Shown one piece after another: positions 24,737 through 34,613 of a DNA stretch of 64,000 nt. The position numbers and the translations under genes are program-made. A model generated the notes under the pieces. It was not told the origin of the DNA, searched no databases, and saw only the letters and a program-made list of their open reading frames with translations. Numbering within the stretch: the stretch's first letter is position 1; the number at the start of each line of letters is the position of its first letter. Source of the DNA: an uncultured Actinomycetes bacterium (GTDB lineage Bacteria > Actinomycetota > Thermoleophilia > UBA2241); assembly GCA_963764225.1 (NCBI GenBank), contig CAVXRL010000004.1, positions 273,909 to 337,908 of the forward strand, written 5' to 3'.

Positions 24737-26389
24737 TCAGTCGCGCGGGCTCAGGCGGTAGAGACGCAGCGCCGGCCCGCGCTCGCCGGGGCCGGGCCGG
24801 AACACCTCGACCAGCTCCGCCTCCTCGTCGAGCCGCCGGTAGAAGCCGGCGAGCTCGGGGTAGTCGGCGGCGGCTGCGAGCACGCGGTCGCGCACGCTGG
24901 AGCTCGTCACCACGTACTGCACGCCCTGCTCACGCAGGCGCGCGAGGTCGTGCGTGCGCTCCGGCGTGCCGGGCACCGGCAGCTTGAGACGCACCAGACG
25001 GTAGGCGACGGGGTCGAGCCCCCGCTGCCGGTAGTGCGGAAGCTGGTCCTCGCGCACCAGCGGCGGGCCGTAGTTCTCGACGGCGATGAGCGCTCCCTCC
25101 GGGATGTTCCGCTGGATCCACTCGCGCGCGATCTCTCTCGTGTCGGCGCCGCTCAGGTCGCGGTCGAACGCCAGCGACGAGGTGAGCGCCGGCACGAACG
25201 CCGCCGCCAGCAGCACCGCGGCCGCGGGCAGGGCGAAGCGGCGTGCCCGCGGCCACAGCAGCGCAAGCTCCACGACCATCCGCACCGCGAGCAGGAGGAG
25301 CAGCGGCACGATCACCAGCAGGTAGCGGTCGGCGAGCTCCTTCCAGGTCCCGATGTAGACGAAGTACACGACGGCGTAGGGCGCGAGCATCAGGTCGAGG
25401 CGCGTGCGGCGCCGGAACGCCCAGACGAGCCCTGCGGCGGCCAGGACAGCCGCGACGACGCCCACCGCGCCGGTCAGGTTGGGCGTCACGTTGTACCAGA
25501 ACCCGTTGCCGGCGTGCTCGAACCCGAGCCAGCCGCGGTCCATGATCTGGCTCTGGCGGCGGAAGTCGCGCAGGAAGCGCGGCGCGTCGAGCACGACGAA
25601 CGGCGAGGCGAGGACGAACGCCGCGAGCATGGGCGCGTAGACCCGCAGCACGAGCACGCGCGCCCACAGGAGCGCGGCGCGGCCGCCGGCGGCCGCGCGC
25701 CGCGCCACCTCCTCCCTGCAGGCGTAGACCGCCGCCACCGTCGCCGGCAGCACCAGCAGCCCCAGGTTGTACTTGGTGGACGTGGCGAGGCCGGCGGCGA
25801 GGGCGCCGAGGACCAGCCAGCGGGCGGCGTGGGCGCGACCTGCGGCAGCCTGCTGCAGCAGCGCCAGCGCCAGCAGCGAGAGAGCGACGGCGGTCACGTC
25901 GGTCACCGCCATGTGGGAGTAGGCGACGTGGAGCGGCGCCGCCGCCAGGAAGAGCGCCGCGAGCAGGCCGGCCGCCGCCCCGAAGGCATCCCGGCCGAGC
26001 CGCCAGACCAGCCACACGGAGGCGGTCCCGGCGGCCACCGAGAGCAGCCGGGCCAGCAGGAAGTACGGCGTGGGGTCCACGACGAACGACGTCAGCGACA
26101 ACAGGTCGCCCTTGCCGAGCAGCCACCAGAAGGGCGCGGCGAGCACGTACACTGCTCCGGCCAGGTAGAAGTAGAGCGACGGATAGAAGAAGAACTGCGG
26201 GTTCAGATGCCCCCGCGCGGCGGCCACCGCCTTGGGCACCACCGTGCTCTCGTCGGCGTTCACGAAGCTGAAGGGCAGGCCGTAGCCGACTCCCTTGAGA
26301 CGCAGGGCGAGCGCCAGGAGGAGGATGAGGGCGAGGAGCGCGCCGGTGAGCCCGACGCGGCGCCGGCGGCCGCTGGCCTCCGCGCTCAC
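24737..26389 (-). CDS. GT-C glycosyltransferase (family 39 / ArnT-PMT-like)
   Basis: NADE loop, FFYPSL, ARLLS, TKYN, DRYLL, many TMs. The GTG start overlaps the hisI stop. Confidence 0.8.
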   Translation of the reverse strand: MSAEASGRRRRVGLTGALLALILLLALALRLKGVGYGLPFSFVNADESTVVPKAVAAARGHLNPQFFFYPSLYFYLAGAVYVLAAPFWWLLGKGDLLSLTSFVVDPTPYFLLARLLSVAAGTASVWLVWRLGRDAFGAAAGLLAALFLAAAPLHVAYSHMAVTDVTAVALSLLALALLQQAAAGRAHAARWLVLGALAAGLATSTKYNLGLLVLPATVAAVYACREEVARRAAAGGRAALLWARVLVLRVYAPMLAAFVLASPFVVLDAPRFLRDFRRQSQIMDRGWLGFEHAGNGFWYNVTPNLTGAVGVVAAVLAAAGLVWAFRRRTRLDLMLAPYAVVYFVYIGTWKELADRYLLVIVPLLLLLAVRMVVELALLWPRARRFALPAAAVLLAAAFVPALTSSLAFDRDLSGADTREIAREWIQRNIPEGALIAVENYGPPLVREDQLPHYRQRGLDPVAYRLVRLKLPVPGTPERTHDLARLREQGVQYVVTSSSVRDRVLAAAADYPELAGFYRRLDEEAELVEVFRPGPGERGPALRLYRLSPRD

Positions 26390-26748
26390 GCTCCCGAAGG
26401 CCGCGTGGCGGCCCCGCCGTTCGCATCGTCGCGGAAGCAGCTCACGCCGCCCGTGTGGCAGGCCGGCCCGGCGGGCTCCACGGTCATGAGGACGGTGTCG
26501 TGGTCGCAGTCCAGGCTCAGGGAGACCACGCGCTGCACGTTGCCGCTGGTGCCGCCCTTGTGCCACAGCTCGTGCCGGCTGCGGCTCCAGAACGTGGACT
26601 CGCCCGAGACCAGCGTGGCCCGCAGCGCCTCCTCGCTCGCGTAGGCGACCATGAGCACCTCGCCGCCGTCCGCGGCCTGGACCACGCAGGGCACCAGGCC
26701 GTCGGCGTTGTAGCGCACGAGCGCGAGGAACGCCTCGTGGTCCATCAT
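26386..26748 (-). CDS. hisI: Phosphoribosyl-AMP cyclohydrolase
   Basis: FWSRSR.ELWHKG.TSGN.Q, DCDHD, ACHTG..SCF. Confidence 0.93.
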   Translation of the reverse strand: MMDHEAFLALVRYNADGLVPCVVQAADGGEVLMVAYASEEALRATLVSGESTFWSRSRHELWHKGGTSGNVQRVVSLSLDCDHDTVLMTVEPAGPACHTGGVSCFRDDANGGAATRPSGA

Positions 26749-27431
26749 GCGATGCTCTCCTTCATGATGGACGCGCCGGCGCTGGTGCCCACCCGGACGG
26801 CGCCGGCGCTCACCATGCGCTCGACGTCGGCCGCGGTGCGGATGCCGCCCGACGCCTTGACGCCGATGTGCGCGTCGAGGCAGTCCCGCAGCAGCTCGAC
26901 GTCCTTGACGGTCGCGCCGTGCGGCCCCACCCCCGTCGACGTCTTGACGAAGTCCACGCCCGCGTGCTCGCAGATCCTGCAGGCGAGCCGCTTGAGCTTC
27001 TCGTCGAGGTAGCAGGTCTCGATGATGGCCTTCACGATGATCTGCCCGCGCGCCATGTTGACCCCGCGGACGCGCGCGGCTCGCGCCACCCCGGTCAGCT
27101 CGTCACGTACCAGTCCGAACTCGCCGGAGAGGAACGCGGAGATGTTGATCACGACGTCCACCTCGTCTGCGCCCCGCTGCACCGCCTCGTCGGCGGCCAG
27201 CGCCTTGACGCGCTGCGTGTCGGCGCCGTAGGGGAACGAGATCACCGTGCAGGTCTTGACGTCGGTGCGCTTGAGCAGCGACGCCGCCATGGTCACGTAG
27301 TGGGGGAAGACGCAGACGGCGGCGAAGTGGAACGTCGCCGCCTCGCGGCACAACTTCTCCACGTCCGACGCCGTCGCCTCGGGGCGCAGCAGCGTGTGGT
27401 CTATGGTCTTCGCGATCTCCTCGGGCTGCAC
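26745..27431 (-). CDS. deoC: Deoxyribose-phosphate aldolase
   Basis: [34 protein letters not shown]. Confidence 0.93.
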   Translation of the reverse strand: MQPEEIAKTIDHTLLRPEATASDVEKLCREAATFHFAAVCVFPHYVTMAASLLKRTDVKTCTVISFPYGADTQRVKALAADEAVQRGADEVDVVINISAFLSGEFGLVRDELTGVARAARVRGVNMARGQIIVKAIIETCYLDEKLKRLACRICEHAGVDFVKTSTGVGPHGATVKDVELLRDCLDAHIGVKASGGIRTAADVERMVSAGAVRVGTSAGASIMKESIA

Positions 27432-27484
27432 CCCTCGGCCCCCCTCGACGGCTCCTGGTTCTGGCGGCGCGGAGAGTATAGCAA

Positions 27485-28429
27485 CTACAGCAGGCGGTCG
27501 ATGTAGCGGTCGTCCCGGCGCCAGCGCTTGCGCACCTTGACGCGCAGGTCGATGAACACGTGCACCCCGAGGATGGCCTCGATCTCGTGCCTCGCGCCGC
27601 TGCCGATGGCCTTGATGACCCGGCCGCCCTTCCCCACCACGATCGCCTTCTGCGAGTCGGTCTCGACGATGAGATACGCCTCGATCTCCACCAGCGGGCG
27701 GTCCTCGCGCTCGGTGATGGAGGCCACCTCGGCGGCGATCGCGTGAGGGACTTCGTCACGGGTCAGCCTGAGCGCCTGCTCGCGGACGAGCTCCGCCACG
27801 AGCAGTTCCAGCGGCTGGTCGCTCTGCTGGCCCTCCGGAAAGTACATCGGGCCGGGCGGCATGGCCGCCGACAAGCGCGAGAGCACCTCGGCGAGCCCGT
27901 CCCCGCGCAGCGCCGAGACCGGCAGCACCTCGGCGTTCCCGGAGAGGGCGCGCGCCTCTTCGAGGCGCCCGTTGAGCCGGGGCCCGTTCACGAGGTCGAT
28001 CTTGTTCAGCAGGACCACTGCCGGCAGGCCGGCCCCGGCGACGGCCCGCGTGATGTACTGGTCGCCGCCTCCGAACGTCTCGTTGGCGTTGAGCAGCACG
28101 AGCGCGGCGTCGACCTCCTCCAGCGCGTCGTCCACGGCGGTCTGCATGCGCCGCGTGAGCGAGTCGAACGGCTTCTGGAAGCCCGGCAGGTCGAGCAGCA
28201 CGATCTGGCAGCCCGGCAGAGAGACCACGCCGGTGATGCGCCGTCGCGTGGTCTGCGGGTGGTCGCTGACGATGCTGACCTTGCGCCCCACGAGGGCGTT
28301 GACCAGCGTCGACTTGCCGACGTTGGGCCGGCCGAACACGGCGACGAACCCGCTGCGGAACCCGCCGGCCTGGTCGCCGCCCGGCTGGGCGCCGGCGGGC
28401 TCGTCCGGGAGTGGGCGTCGTTCAGCCAT
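27485..28429 (-). CDS. era: GTPase Era
   Basis: GRPNVGKST, PQTTR, NKID, KH domain VVGKGG. Confidence 0.93.
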   Translation of the reverse strand: MAERRPLPDEPAGAQPGGDQAGGFRSGFVAVFGRPNVGKSTLVNALVGRKVSIVSDHPQTTRRRITGVVSLPGCQIVLLDLPGFQKPFDSLTRRMQTAVDDALEEVDAALVLLNANETFGGGDQYITRAVAGAGLPAVVLLNKIDLVNGPRLNGRLEEARALSGNAEVLPVSALRGDGLAEVLSRLSAAMPPGPMYFPEGQQSDQPLELLVAELVREQALRLTRDEVPHAIAAEVASITEREDRPLVEIEAYLIVETDSQKAIVVGKGGRVIKAIGSGARHEIEAILGVHVFIDLRVKVRKRWRRDDRYIDRLL

Positions 28430-28835
28430 CGGATCCCCTCCGAACAGGTGGGAACGGCGCCGTGAGGAGGTCGCTCAGGCGCCTGACGCTCACCTCGCCG
28501 CCGCGACGGGCGACCACTTCGGGGTCGCCGAACTCCGCGAGCGCCTGCAGACAGAGCCCGCACGGCAGGCAGTCGGAGCCGTCGAGTGCGGCGACGGCCA
28601 CACGGCGCACCTCGCGCTCGCCGGAGGTGACGAGCGCGGCGAGCGCGGCCCGCTCCGCGCACAGCCCCGCCGGGTAGGCGGCGTTCTCGACGTTGGCGCC
28701 GTGGTGGCCGCGGCCCGACGGGCCGACGACCACGGCGCCGACCGCGTAGCCCGAGTACGGCGCGTACACGTTGACGGCCACGGCAAGCGCCTCCTCGAAG
28801 AGCAGGCGCTCGTTGTCTCCCGGCTCACGGTTCAC
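28422..28835 (-). CDS. cdd: Cytidine deaminase
   Basis: YAPYS, NVENAAY, CAER, PCGLC. Confidence 0.9.
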   Translation of the reverse strand: MNREPGDNERLLFEEALAVAVNVYAPYSGYAVGAVVVGPSGRGHHGANVENAAYPAGLCAERAALAALVTSGEREVRRVAVAALDGSDCLPCGLCLQALAEFGDPEVVARRGGEVSVRRLSDLLTAPFPPVRRGSDG

Positions 28836-28851
28836 GGCTCACACTCCATCC

Positions 28852-29574
28852 TCAGATCGGGTACCAGAGCCGGAAGAGCACGGCGGTGACGGCGATGCCC
28901 AGAGCCGCGCCGGCGGCCACCTCGCCGAGCGTGTGGATCTTGGCCTGCACGCGGCTCTGCGCGACCAGCAGCGCCAGGAAGAGCGTGATGGCCGAGATCG
29001 GCAGCGCGAACGTCGTGTCGGAGGCGAGGAACGTCACCGCGACCCAGGTCCCGAAGGCGACGGCGGTGTGCGCCGACGGCCAGCCGCCGTGGAACGCCGT
29101 GCCCCGGTGCGTCAGCGCCTTGAGCGCGATGGCCGCCAGGATGACGAGGACCAGCGCGATGACCATGACGTCGATGGGCGAGCCGCGCAGCTTGCTCAGG
29201 ATGGTGTACGGCACGTTGGTGATCTTGTCGTAGAACACGAGGTAAGCCACGGCGACGGCGTTGACGGCGGCGACGAGCACGGCGCCCGCCGACACGTCCT
29301 TGGCGACGCGGGCGCGGGGGTCGTCCTCGTCCGTCACGAGGTCGACGACGTGCTCGATCGCGGTGTTGAACATCTCGGTGATCAGGACGAACGAGATGGC
29401 CACGAGCAGGGCGACGACCTCGAGCCTGGTGAGCGCGAAGAACAGCGCGGCGACGAGCACCAGCGCCGCGATGCCGAAGTGGATCCACATGTTCCGCTCG
29501 CTGCGGAGCGAGTGGACGATGCCGTCGAAGGCGTAGTTGAAGCTGGTGAGGAGGTTACCGCGGCGGCGCGCCAA
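28852..29574 (-). CDS. dgkA: Diacylglycerol/undecaprenol kinase with C-terminal PAP2 domain
   Basis: SFNYAFDG, ERNMWIH, EMFNTAIE, AKDVSAGAVL, PSAHT, QSRV...IH. TTG start after GGAGG. Confidence 0.85.
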   Translation of the reverse strand: MARRRGNLLTSFNYAFDGIVHSLRSERNMWIHFGIAALVLVAALFFALTRLEVVALLVAISFVLITEMFNTAIEHVVDLVTDEDDPRARVAKDVSAGAVLVAAVNAVAVAYLVFYDKITNVPYTILSKLRGSPIDVMVIALVLVILAAIALKALTHRGTAFHGGWPSAHTAVAFGTWVAVTFLASDTTFALPISAITLFLALLVAQSRVQAKIHTLGEVAAGAALGIAVTAVLFRLWYPI

Positions 29575-30127
29575 CGAGACCCTCCCAGTCGACGAGCTCG
29601 AGCAGTTCGGCCTGGCGAAGCGCCATCTGGCCGGCGTCCGTCTCGTGGTCGTAGCCGAGCAGGTGCAGGGTGCCGTGCGCCAGCAGGAGGGCCAGTTCGA
29701 GCGACGGCGGCAGCTCGTCCTCGGCCGCCTGCCGGAGCGCCCGGCGCGTGCAGACCACGACGTCGCCGAGCATGAGCGGCGGGCCCGCATCGCCGGCGGC
29801 GACCGCCTCCGCGACCTCGCCGAGGTCCGGAGCGAGCGAGGCGACGACCACGGCGGCGGCCTGACGCGCGGAGCCGGAGCCGTCGACCGACGCGTCCACC
29901 TCGGCGTCCTCCTCCCACTCCTCGAGCGGGAAGCTCAGCACGTCGGTGACCTCGTCCTTGTCCCGGTACTCGCGGTTGATCTGCCGCATGCGCCGCTCGC
30001 CGACGAAGGTGACGTCGACCTCGGCGCCGCGCACGTCCTCCTCCTCGAGCACGCGCGCCACGAGCCGCGCAACGAGTTCCTCGTCGATGACCGTTCGCGT
30101 AGCGTTGCTCACCTCGACGACGTTCAT
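29555..30127 (-). CDS. ybeY: rRNA maturation RNase YbeY
   Basis: NREYRDKD..TDVLSF, LGDVVV, HGTLHLLGYDH. Carries an acidic/Ala-rich insertion. Confidence 0.9.
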   Translation of the reverse strand: MNVVEVSNATRTVIDEELVARLVARVLEEEDVRGAEVDVTFVGERRMRQINREYRDKDEVTDVLSFPLEEWEEDAEVDASVDGSGSARQAAAVVVASLAPDLGEVAEAVAAGDAGPPLMLGDVVVCTRRALRQAAEDELPPSLELALLLAHGTLHLLGYDHETDAGQMALRQAELLELVDWEGLVGAPPR

Positions 30128-31143
30128 TGGCCCGGCTCCTTGCGGCGCTTCTCGGCCTCTGCGCGGCGCTGATCGCGCGCCGCGCCGATCTGGTCGTCGT
30201 GCGTCTTGTACGCGTTGACGATGCGCTGCACGAGCTTGTGCCGCACCACGTCGTGGCCGTCGAACTGCACGATGCTGATGTCGTCGACGTCGTCGAGGAC
30301 CTCGGAGACGGTGACGAGCCCCGAGGTCCGGCTGTGGGGCAGGTCGATCTGGGTGACGTCGCCGGTGACCACCATCTTGCTGCCGAACCCGAGCCGCGTG
30401 AGGAACATCTTCATCTGCTCGGGCGAGGTGTTCTGCGCCTCGTCCAGGATGATGAACGAGTCGTTGAGCGTGCGCCCGCGCATGAACGCGAGCGGCGCGA
30501 CCTCGATCTCGCCCTTCTCGATGAGGGCCGCCAGCCGCTCGCCGTCGATCATGTCGTAGAGCGCGTCGAACAGGGGCCGGAAGTACGGGTCGACCTTCTC
30601 GCTCACCGTGCCGGGCAGGAACCCGAGGCTCTCCCCCGCCTCCACAGCCGGCCGCGTCAGGATGATGCGCCCCACCTGCTTGCCGAAGAACGCGTTGACC
30701 GCCATGGCCGTGGCCAGGTAGGTCTTGCCCGTGCCGGCCGGGCCGATGCCGAACGTGATGGTGTTGCTGCGGATGGCGTCCACGTACAGCTTCTGATTGA
30801 CGGTGCGGGGACCCACCTGGCGGCCGCGGTGAGTCCACACGACGTCGCCGTAGACCTCGGAGGGCTTGCCCGACGAGTTGACGGCGATGTCCATGAGGGA
30901 CTCGACGATGGCGGGGCTCAGCGGTCGCCCGCCCTTCACCACCTCGATCAGCTCCTCGATCGCGGCGCGCGCCTTGTCGACGGCGCCGTCCTCACCCTCC
31001 AGGATGAGCACGTTGCCGCGCAGCGTGAGCCTGCAGTCGAGCCGCTGCTCGAGGATCTTGAGGTTGGAGTCGTGCTCGCCCGCGATCTCGAGCGCCAGGC
31101 TGTTGCTGTCCAGGTCGATGACGGTACGTGTCGCCGGAGTCAC
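30124..31143 (-). CDS. phoH: PhoH family ATPase
   Basis: GPAGTGKT, RPAVEAGE.LGFLPG, MRGRTL, DEAQN. Confidence 0.93.
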   Translation of the reverse strand: MTPATRTVIDLDSNSLALEIAGEHDSNLKILEQRLDCRLTLRGNVLILEGEDGAVDKARAAIEELIEVVKGGRPLSPAIVESLMDIAVNSSGKPSEVYGDVVWTHRGRQVGPRTVNQKLYVDAIRSNTITFGIGPAGTGKTYLATAMAVNAFFGKQVGRIILTRPAVEAGESLGFLPGTVSEKVDPYFRPLFDALYDMIDGERLAALIEKGEIEVAPLAFMRGRTLNDSFIILDEAQNTSPEQMKMFLTRLGFGSKMVVTGDVTQIDLPHSRTSGLVTVSEVLDDVDDISIVQFDGHDVVRHKLVQRIVNAYKTHDDQIGAARDQRRAEAEKRRKEPGQ

Positions 31144-31147
31144 GTCG

Positions 31148-31606
31148 TCAGCCTCCCAGCCGCCCGCGGACCAGGTCGCTCAGCTTCTTGCCGTCGGCGC
31201 GGCCGGCGACCTTGGGCTTGAGCCAGCCCATCACCTTGCCCATGTCCCTGGGAGTGGCGGCGCCGGTGGCGGCGATGCCTTGGTCCACCAGCGTCTCGAG
31301 TTCGGCGTCGCTCAGCTCCGCCGGCATGTACCCCGCGAGGAGTTCCTCCTCGTAGCGCTCCTGCTCGGCCAGGTCCTCGCGGCCCGCCTGCTCGTACACC
31401 TCGATCGCCTCGGCGCGGCGCTTGCGTTCACGCTTGAGGACCGTGAGCTCGTCCGCCTCGGTGGGCTCCTTGCGGCTGTCGATGCGCTCCTTCTTGAGCG
31501 CCGCGACGATGGCGCTGAGCGCCTCGCGGCGCCGCTTGTCGCCCGCCTTGAGCGCGGCGATGCCGTCGTCCTTGATGCGCTGTTCGATCGCCCCCAACTC
31601 CCTCAC
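31148..31606 (-). CDS. yqeY: GatB/YqeY domain protein
   Basis: ALKAGDK, KRRAEAIE.YE.AGREDLA, YMPAELS, DMGKVMG, GRADG. GAGGAGG RBS before GTG 31606. Confidence 0.9.
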   Translation of the reverse strand: MRELGAIEQRIKDDGIAALKAGDKRRREALSAIVAALKKERIDSRKEPTEADELTVLKRERKRRAEAIEVYEQAGREDLAEQERYEEELLAGYMPAELSDAELETLVDQGIAATGAATPRDMGKVMGWLKPKVAGRADGKKLSDLVRGRLGG

Positions 31607-31821
31607 GACGCCTCCTCGTCTCCCCGCGTACACGAGCGGGCCGCCGTAGGCAGACCGCTCATGACGCCTCGTCTTCCCGCGTACACGAGCGGGCCGCCGC
31701 AGGCAGACCGCTCATGACGCCTCGTCTTCCCGCGTACACGAGCGGGCCGCCGTAGGCAGACCGCTCATGACGCCTCGTCTTCCCGCGTACACGAGCGGGC
31801 CGCCGTAGGCAGACCGCTCAT
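31607..31821. repeat. Tandem repeat, 4 copies of a 53-bp unit (first copy 56 bp), each with an internal hairpin
   Basis: GACGCCTCGTCTTCCCGCGTACACGAGCGGGCCGCCGTAGGCAGACCGCTCAT at 31663, 31716 and 31769, with a variant at 31607. GAGCGG...CCGCTC inverted repeat; no spacers. Confidence 0.95.
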
Positions 31822-32159
31822 ACCATGCCTCCCAGCCGCGCCCCACCGACCAGGTGCCAGTGCAGGTGCTCGACCTCCTGGCCGGCGTCCGGACCTGTGT
31901 TCGTGATGACTCTGTAGCCGCTCTCCGCCAGGCCGGCGACGCGGGCGGTACCTGCGATGAACTCGAGCGCGCGGGCCGAGGCCTCCGCGCCCAGGGCCTC
32001 GACCTCGTCCAGCGAGGCGATGTGCTTGCGCGGGATCACGAGCAGGTGCACCGGCGCCTGCGGCCGCACATCGGGGAACGCGAGGAAGTGCTCGTCCTCG
32101 TTCACCCGCTTCGCGGGGATCTCGCCCGCGGCGATCCTGCAGAAGATGCACTCACTCAC
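31818..32159 (-). CDS. hinT: Histidine triad (HIT) nucleotide-binding protein
   Basis: CIFCRI, PQAPVHLLVIP, GQEVEHLHWH. Confidence 0.92.
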   Translation of the reverse strand: MSECIFCRIAAGEIPAKRVNEDEHFLAFPDVRPQAPVHLLVIPRKHIASLDEVEALGAEASARALEFIAGTARVAGLAESGYRVITNTGPDAGQEVEHLHWHLVGGARLGGMV

Positions 32160-32166
32160 TCCTACC

Positions 32167-33597
32167 TCACTCCTCGTCCTTGCCGGCCGCACCCGCTCGC
32201 ACCGTACCCGTCACCCCGTCGCCGGCGAGCTCGTCTGCTACCGCCCGGACCAGCTCGCCGCGCCGCGCCGGTCCGCGCACCGCATACCGGATGTACTCCG
32301 AACTGTACCCTCTCCAGAGGCCGTCGCGCCGCTCCTCTACGAGCACCTCGGCCTCGCGGCCGAGCGCGGCGCGGCGCGCGGCCAGGGCGGCCGCCTCGGC
32401 TGCGGCCAGCGCGCGCCCCATGCGCTCCTTGACCACGGCGGCCGGCAAGGGCGGCAGCTCCGCCGCCGCCGTCCCCGGCCGCGGTGAGTACGCGAACACG
32501 TGGGCGCGCCCGAACAGCCCGCTCTCGAGCGCCTCCAGGGTGCGCGCGAACGCAGCCTCGTCCTCCGCCGGGAACCCCACGATCACATCCGTGCTGAGCA
32601 TAGCCCCGCCGGGCACGTCGCGCAGGCCCTCCACCGCGCGCAGGTACTTCTCGAACGTGTAGGGCCGCTTCATGGCGCGCAGCACCCCGTCGTCGGCCGA
32701 CTGCAGCGGCACGTGCAGGTGCCTCGCCACGCGGGGGTGGGCGAGCAGCTCGAGCAGCGCCGGCGTGACGTGCCGCGGCTCTACCGACGACAGCCGCACT
32801 CGCCGCAGGCCGTCGAGCTCCGCCACGGCGGCGACCAGCTCGGGCAGCCGCGCCGCGACCGGGCGAGACCGATCCCCGCGACGTCGGGCGCCGCGGGGCC
32901 CGTCGTCGCGCCAGGCCCCGAGGTCGATGCCGCTCAGCACCACCTCGCCGCAGCCGCGCTCGATGCCCGCGCGCGCGGCTGCGAGCGCAGCCTCCAGCGG
33001 CGTGCTCCGCGGCGCGCCGCGCACCAGCCGCACCACGCAGTAGCTGCAGACACCCGCGCAGCCGTCCTGGACCTTGAGCACCAGTCGGGTCCGCGCGCCG
33101 GGCGTCGCTCTGGGCGCCGTGGAGCCGGTCGCGACGAGTGGACGGACGTCGCTCGCCGTGCCGTCGTCCGCGGCGCCCGCCCGCAGAGGGGCGCCCTCGC
33201 ACGCTCCGGGCCGCGGCGTCCCCGGCGGGCCGACGAGGCCAAGTTGGCCGGCCAGCGCCGCCCAGTCAGGCTGCGCCGCCACGGTGACGCCCTCGCCCTG
33301 GAACTGCTCGGGGCGCAGGGCGGCGGCGCAGCCGGCCACCACCACGAGCTTGCCGGCCGAGGCCGCGCGCCGTACCAGGCGGCGCGACTTGCGCTCGGCC
33401 TCGGCCGTCACGCAGCACGTGTGCACCACGACCACGTCGGCCGCCTCGCGGGACGCGACCGGCTCGAGGCCGGCGGCGGCGAGGCCCGCGAGGGCCTCCT
33501 CCCCGTCGGCCTGGCTCACTTTGCAGCCGACGAACCCCGCGGCGACCCGGGCCGGCGTCTGCCCCCCGTACTCGCGCCCGTCGCCGACGCGCGTCAC
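32167..33597 (-). CDS. mtaB: Radical SAM tRNA methylthiotransferase (MtaB-like)
   Basis: GCKVSQ / TCCVT / AGC N-terminal Cys triad, KVQDGCAGVCSYC, SSVEP, PLQS, YSPRPGT. Located after prmA. Confidence 0.8.
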   Translation of the reverse strand: MTRVGDGREYGGQTPARVAAGFVGCKVSQADGEEALAGLAAAGLEPVASREAADVVVVHTCCVTAEAERKSRRLVRRAASAGKLVVVAGCAAALRPEQFQGEGVTVAAQPDWAALAGQLGLVGPPGTPRPGACEGAPLRAGAADDGTASDVRPLVATGSTAPRATPGARTRLVLKVQDGCAGVCSYCVVRLVRGAPRSTPLEAALAAARAGIERGCGEVVLSGIDLGAWRDDGPRGARRRGDRSRPVAARLPELVAAVAELDGLRRVRLSSVEPRHVTPALLELLAHPRVARHLHVPLQSADDGVLRAMKRPYTFEKYLRAVEGLRDVPGGAMLSTDVIVGFPAEDEAAFARTLEALESGLFGRAHVFAYSPRPGTAAAELPPLPAAVVKERMGRALAAAEAAALAARRAALGREAEVLVEERRDGLWRGYSSEYIRYAVRGPARRGELVRAVADELAGDGVTGTVRAGAAGKDEE

Positions 33598-34613
33598 GTG
33601 CGCCTCGAGAGGTGGAGCGTGAGCCAGGTGCCGTCGTCGACCCGGCCCGCCTCGGCGAACCGCGGGAACGCCGCAAGCGCCTCATCCGCCTGCTCCACGA
33701 GCAGGCCCGAGAGCAGGAGTTCTCGGGGCAGAGAAGCCCGGCGGCCGAGGGGGTCGTCGTCGGCCGCCGCTGCGACCCCATCCTTCCAGCGCTCCGCGAG
33801 GCGCAGGATCGGGCGGAGCGCGATGTTGGCCACCACCACGTCGGCCTCGGGCAGGGGGTACGCGGGGTCCGTGGCGTCGCCGACGAGGAAGGTCGGCTCG
33901 AGACCGTTCATCGCGGCGTTGCCCGCGGCAGCGTGGACGGCGACGGGGTCGATCTCGATGCCCGTCACCGGCGTGAAGCCCAGCCGCAGCGCCGCGAACG
34001 CGACCACGCCGGAGCCGGAGCCGAGATCGAGCAGCGCGCCCGGCGCGAGCGTCTGGAGGAGCTCGAGACACTGGCGCGTGCTCGCGTGACCGCCGGTGCC
34101 GAACGCGAGCCCCGCCTCGACGGCGATGTCGAGCAGGTCCTCGCGTGCCGGGTACCAGGGCGGGCGCACGTAGAGCCGCCCGATCGCGTGCGGCCTGTGG
34201 AACCGCTGCCACGCGGTCTCCCAGCCGGGAGGCTCGCGGCTGACCTCGAGGCGGCCCCGCGAGCCGATGCGCTTGAGCGCCGCGGCGGTTTCTCCGCCCG
34301 GCTCGGCGCCGTCCTCGAGCCAGAACACCAGCGTGCGTCCGCCGTCCTCCTCCTGCCAGCCGGCCGGCTGCAGGGCAAGGATCGACGCCACCGCCTCAGG
34401 GTCGGTGTACTCGAGCGTCTGGGCGTCGGAGCCGCGATCGTAGGCCGCCGCACCGGACCAGTCGTCGACCCGTTCGGCGGCGGGAGCGGCCGCGGCGTTC
34501 GGAGCGGCCGCCGGCTCGGCCCTCAGACGGAGGGCGTACCGCGTGTACCGGGGTCGTTGCATGCCTGCGACTGGGGGTGCGGTGGGGACGGGGCGAGGCG
34601 GCGGTGCGCTCAC
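33594..34613 (-). CDS. prmA: Ribosomal protein L11 methyltransferase
   Basis: GLAFGTGGHASTR, LDLGSGSG, VVANI, LSGLL. Confidence 0.88.
   Translation of the reverse strand: MSAPPPRPVPTAPPVAGMQRPRYTRYALRLRAEPAAAPNAAAAPAAERVDDWSGAAAYDRGSDAQTLEYTDPEAVASILALQPAGWQEEDGGRTLVFWLEDGAEPGGETAAALKRIGSRGRLEVSREPPGWETAWQRFHRPHAIGRLYVRPPWYPAREDLLDIAVEAGLAFGTGGHASTRQCLELLQTLAPGALLDLGSGSGVVAFAALRLGFTPVTGIEIDPVAVHAAAGNAAMNGLEPTFLVGDATDPAYPLPEADVVVANIALRPILRLAERWKDGVAAAADDDPLGRRASLPRELLLSGLLVEQADEALAAFPRFAEAGRVDDGTWLTLHLSRRT

Noticed and set aside
31607-31821. CRISPR array
   Set aside because: The units are contiguous with no unique spacers, and there are no cas genes in the window.
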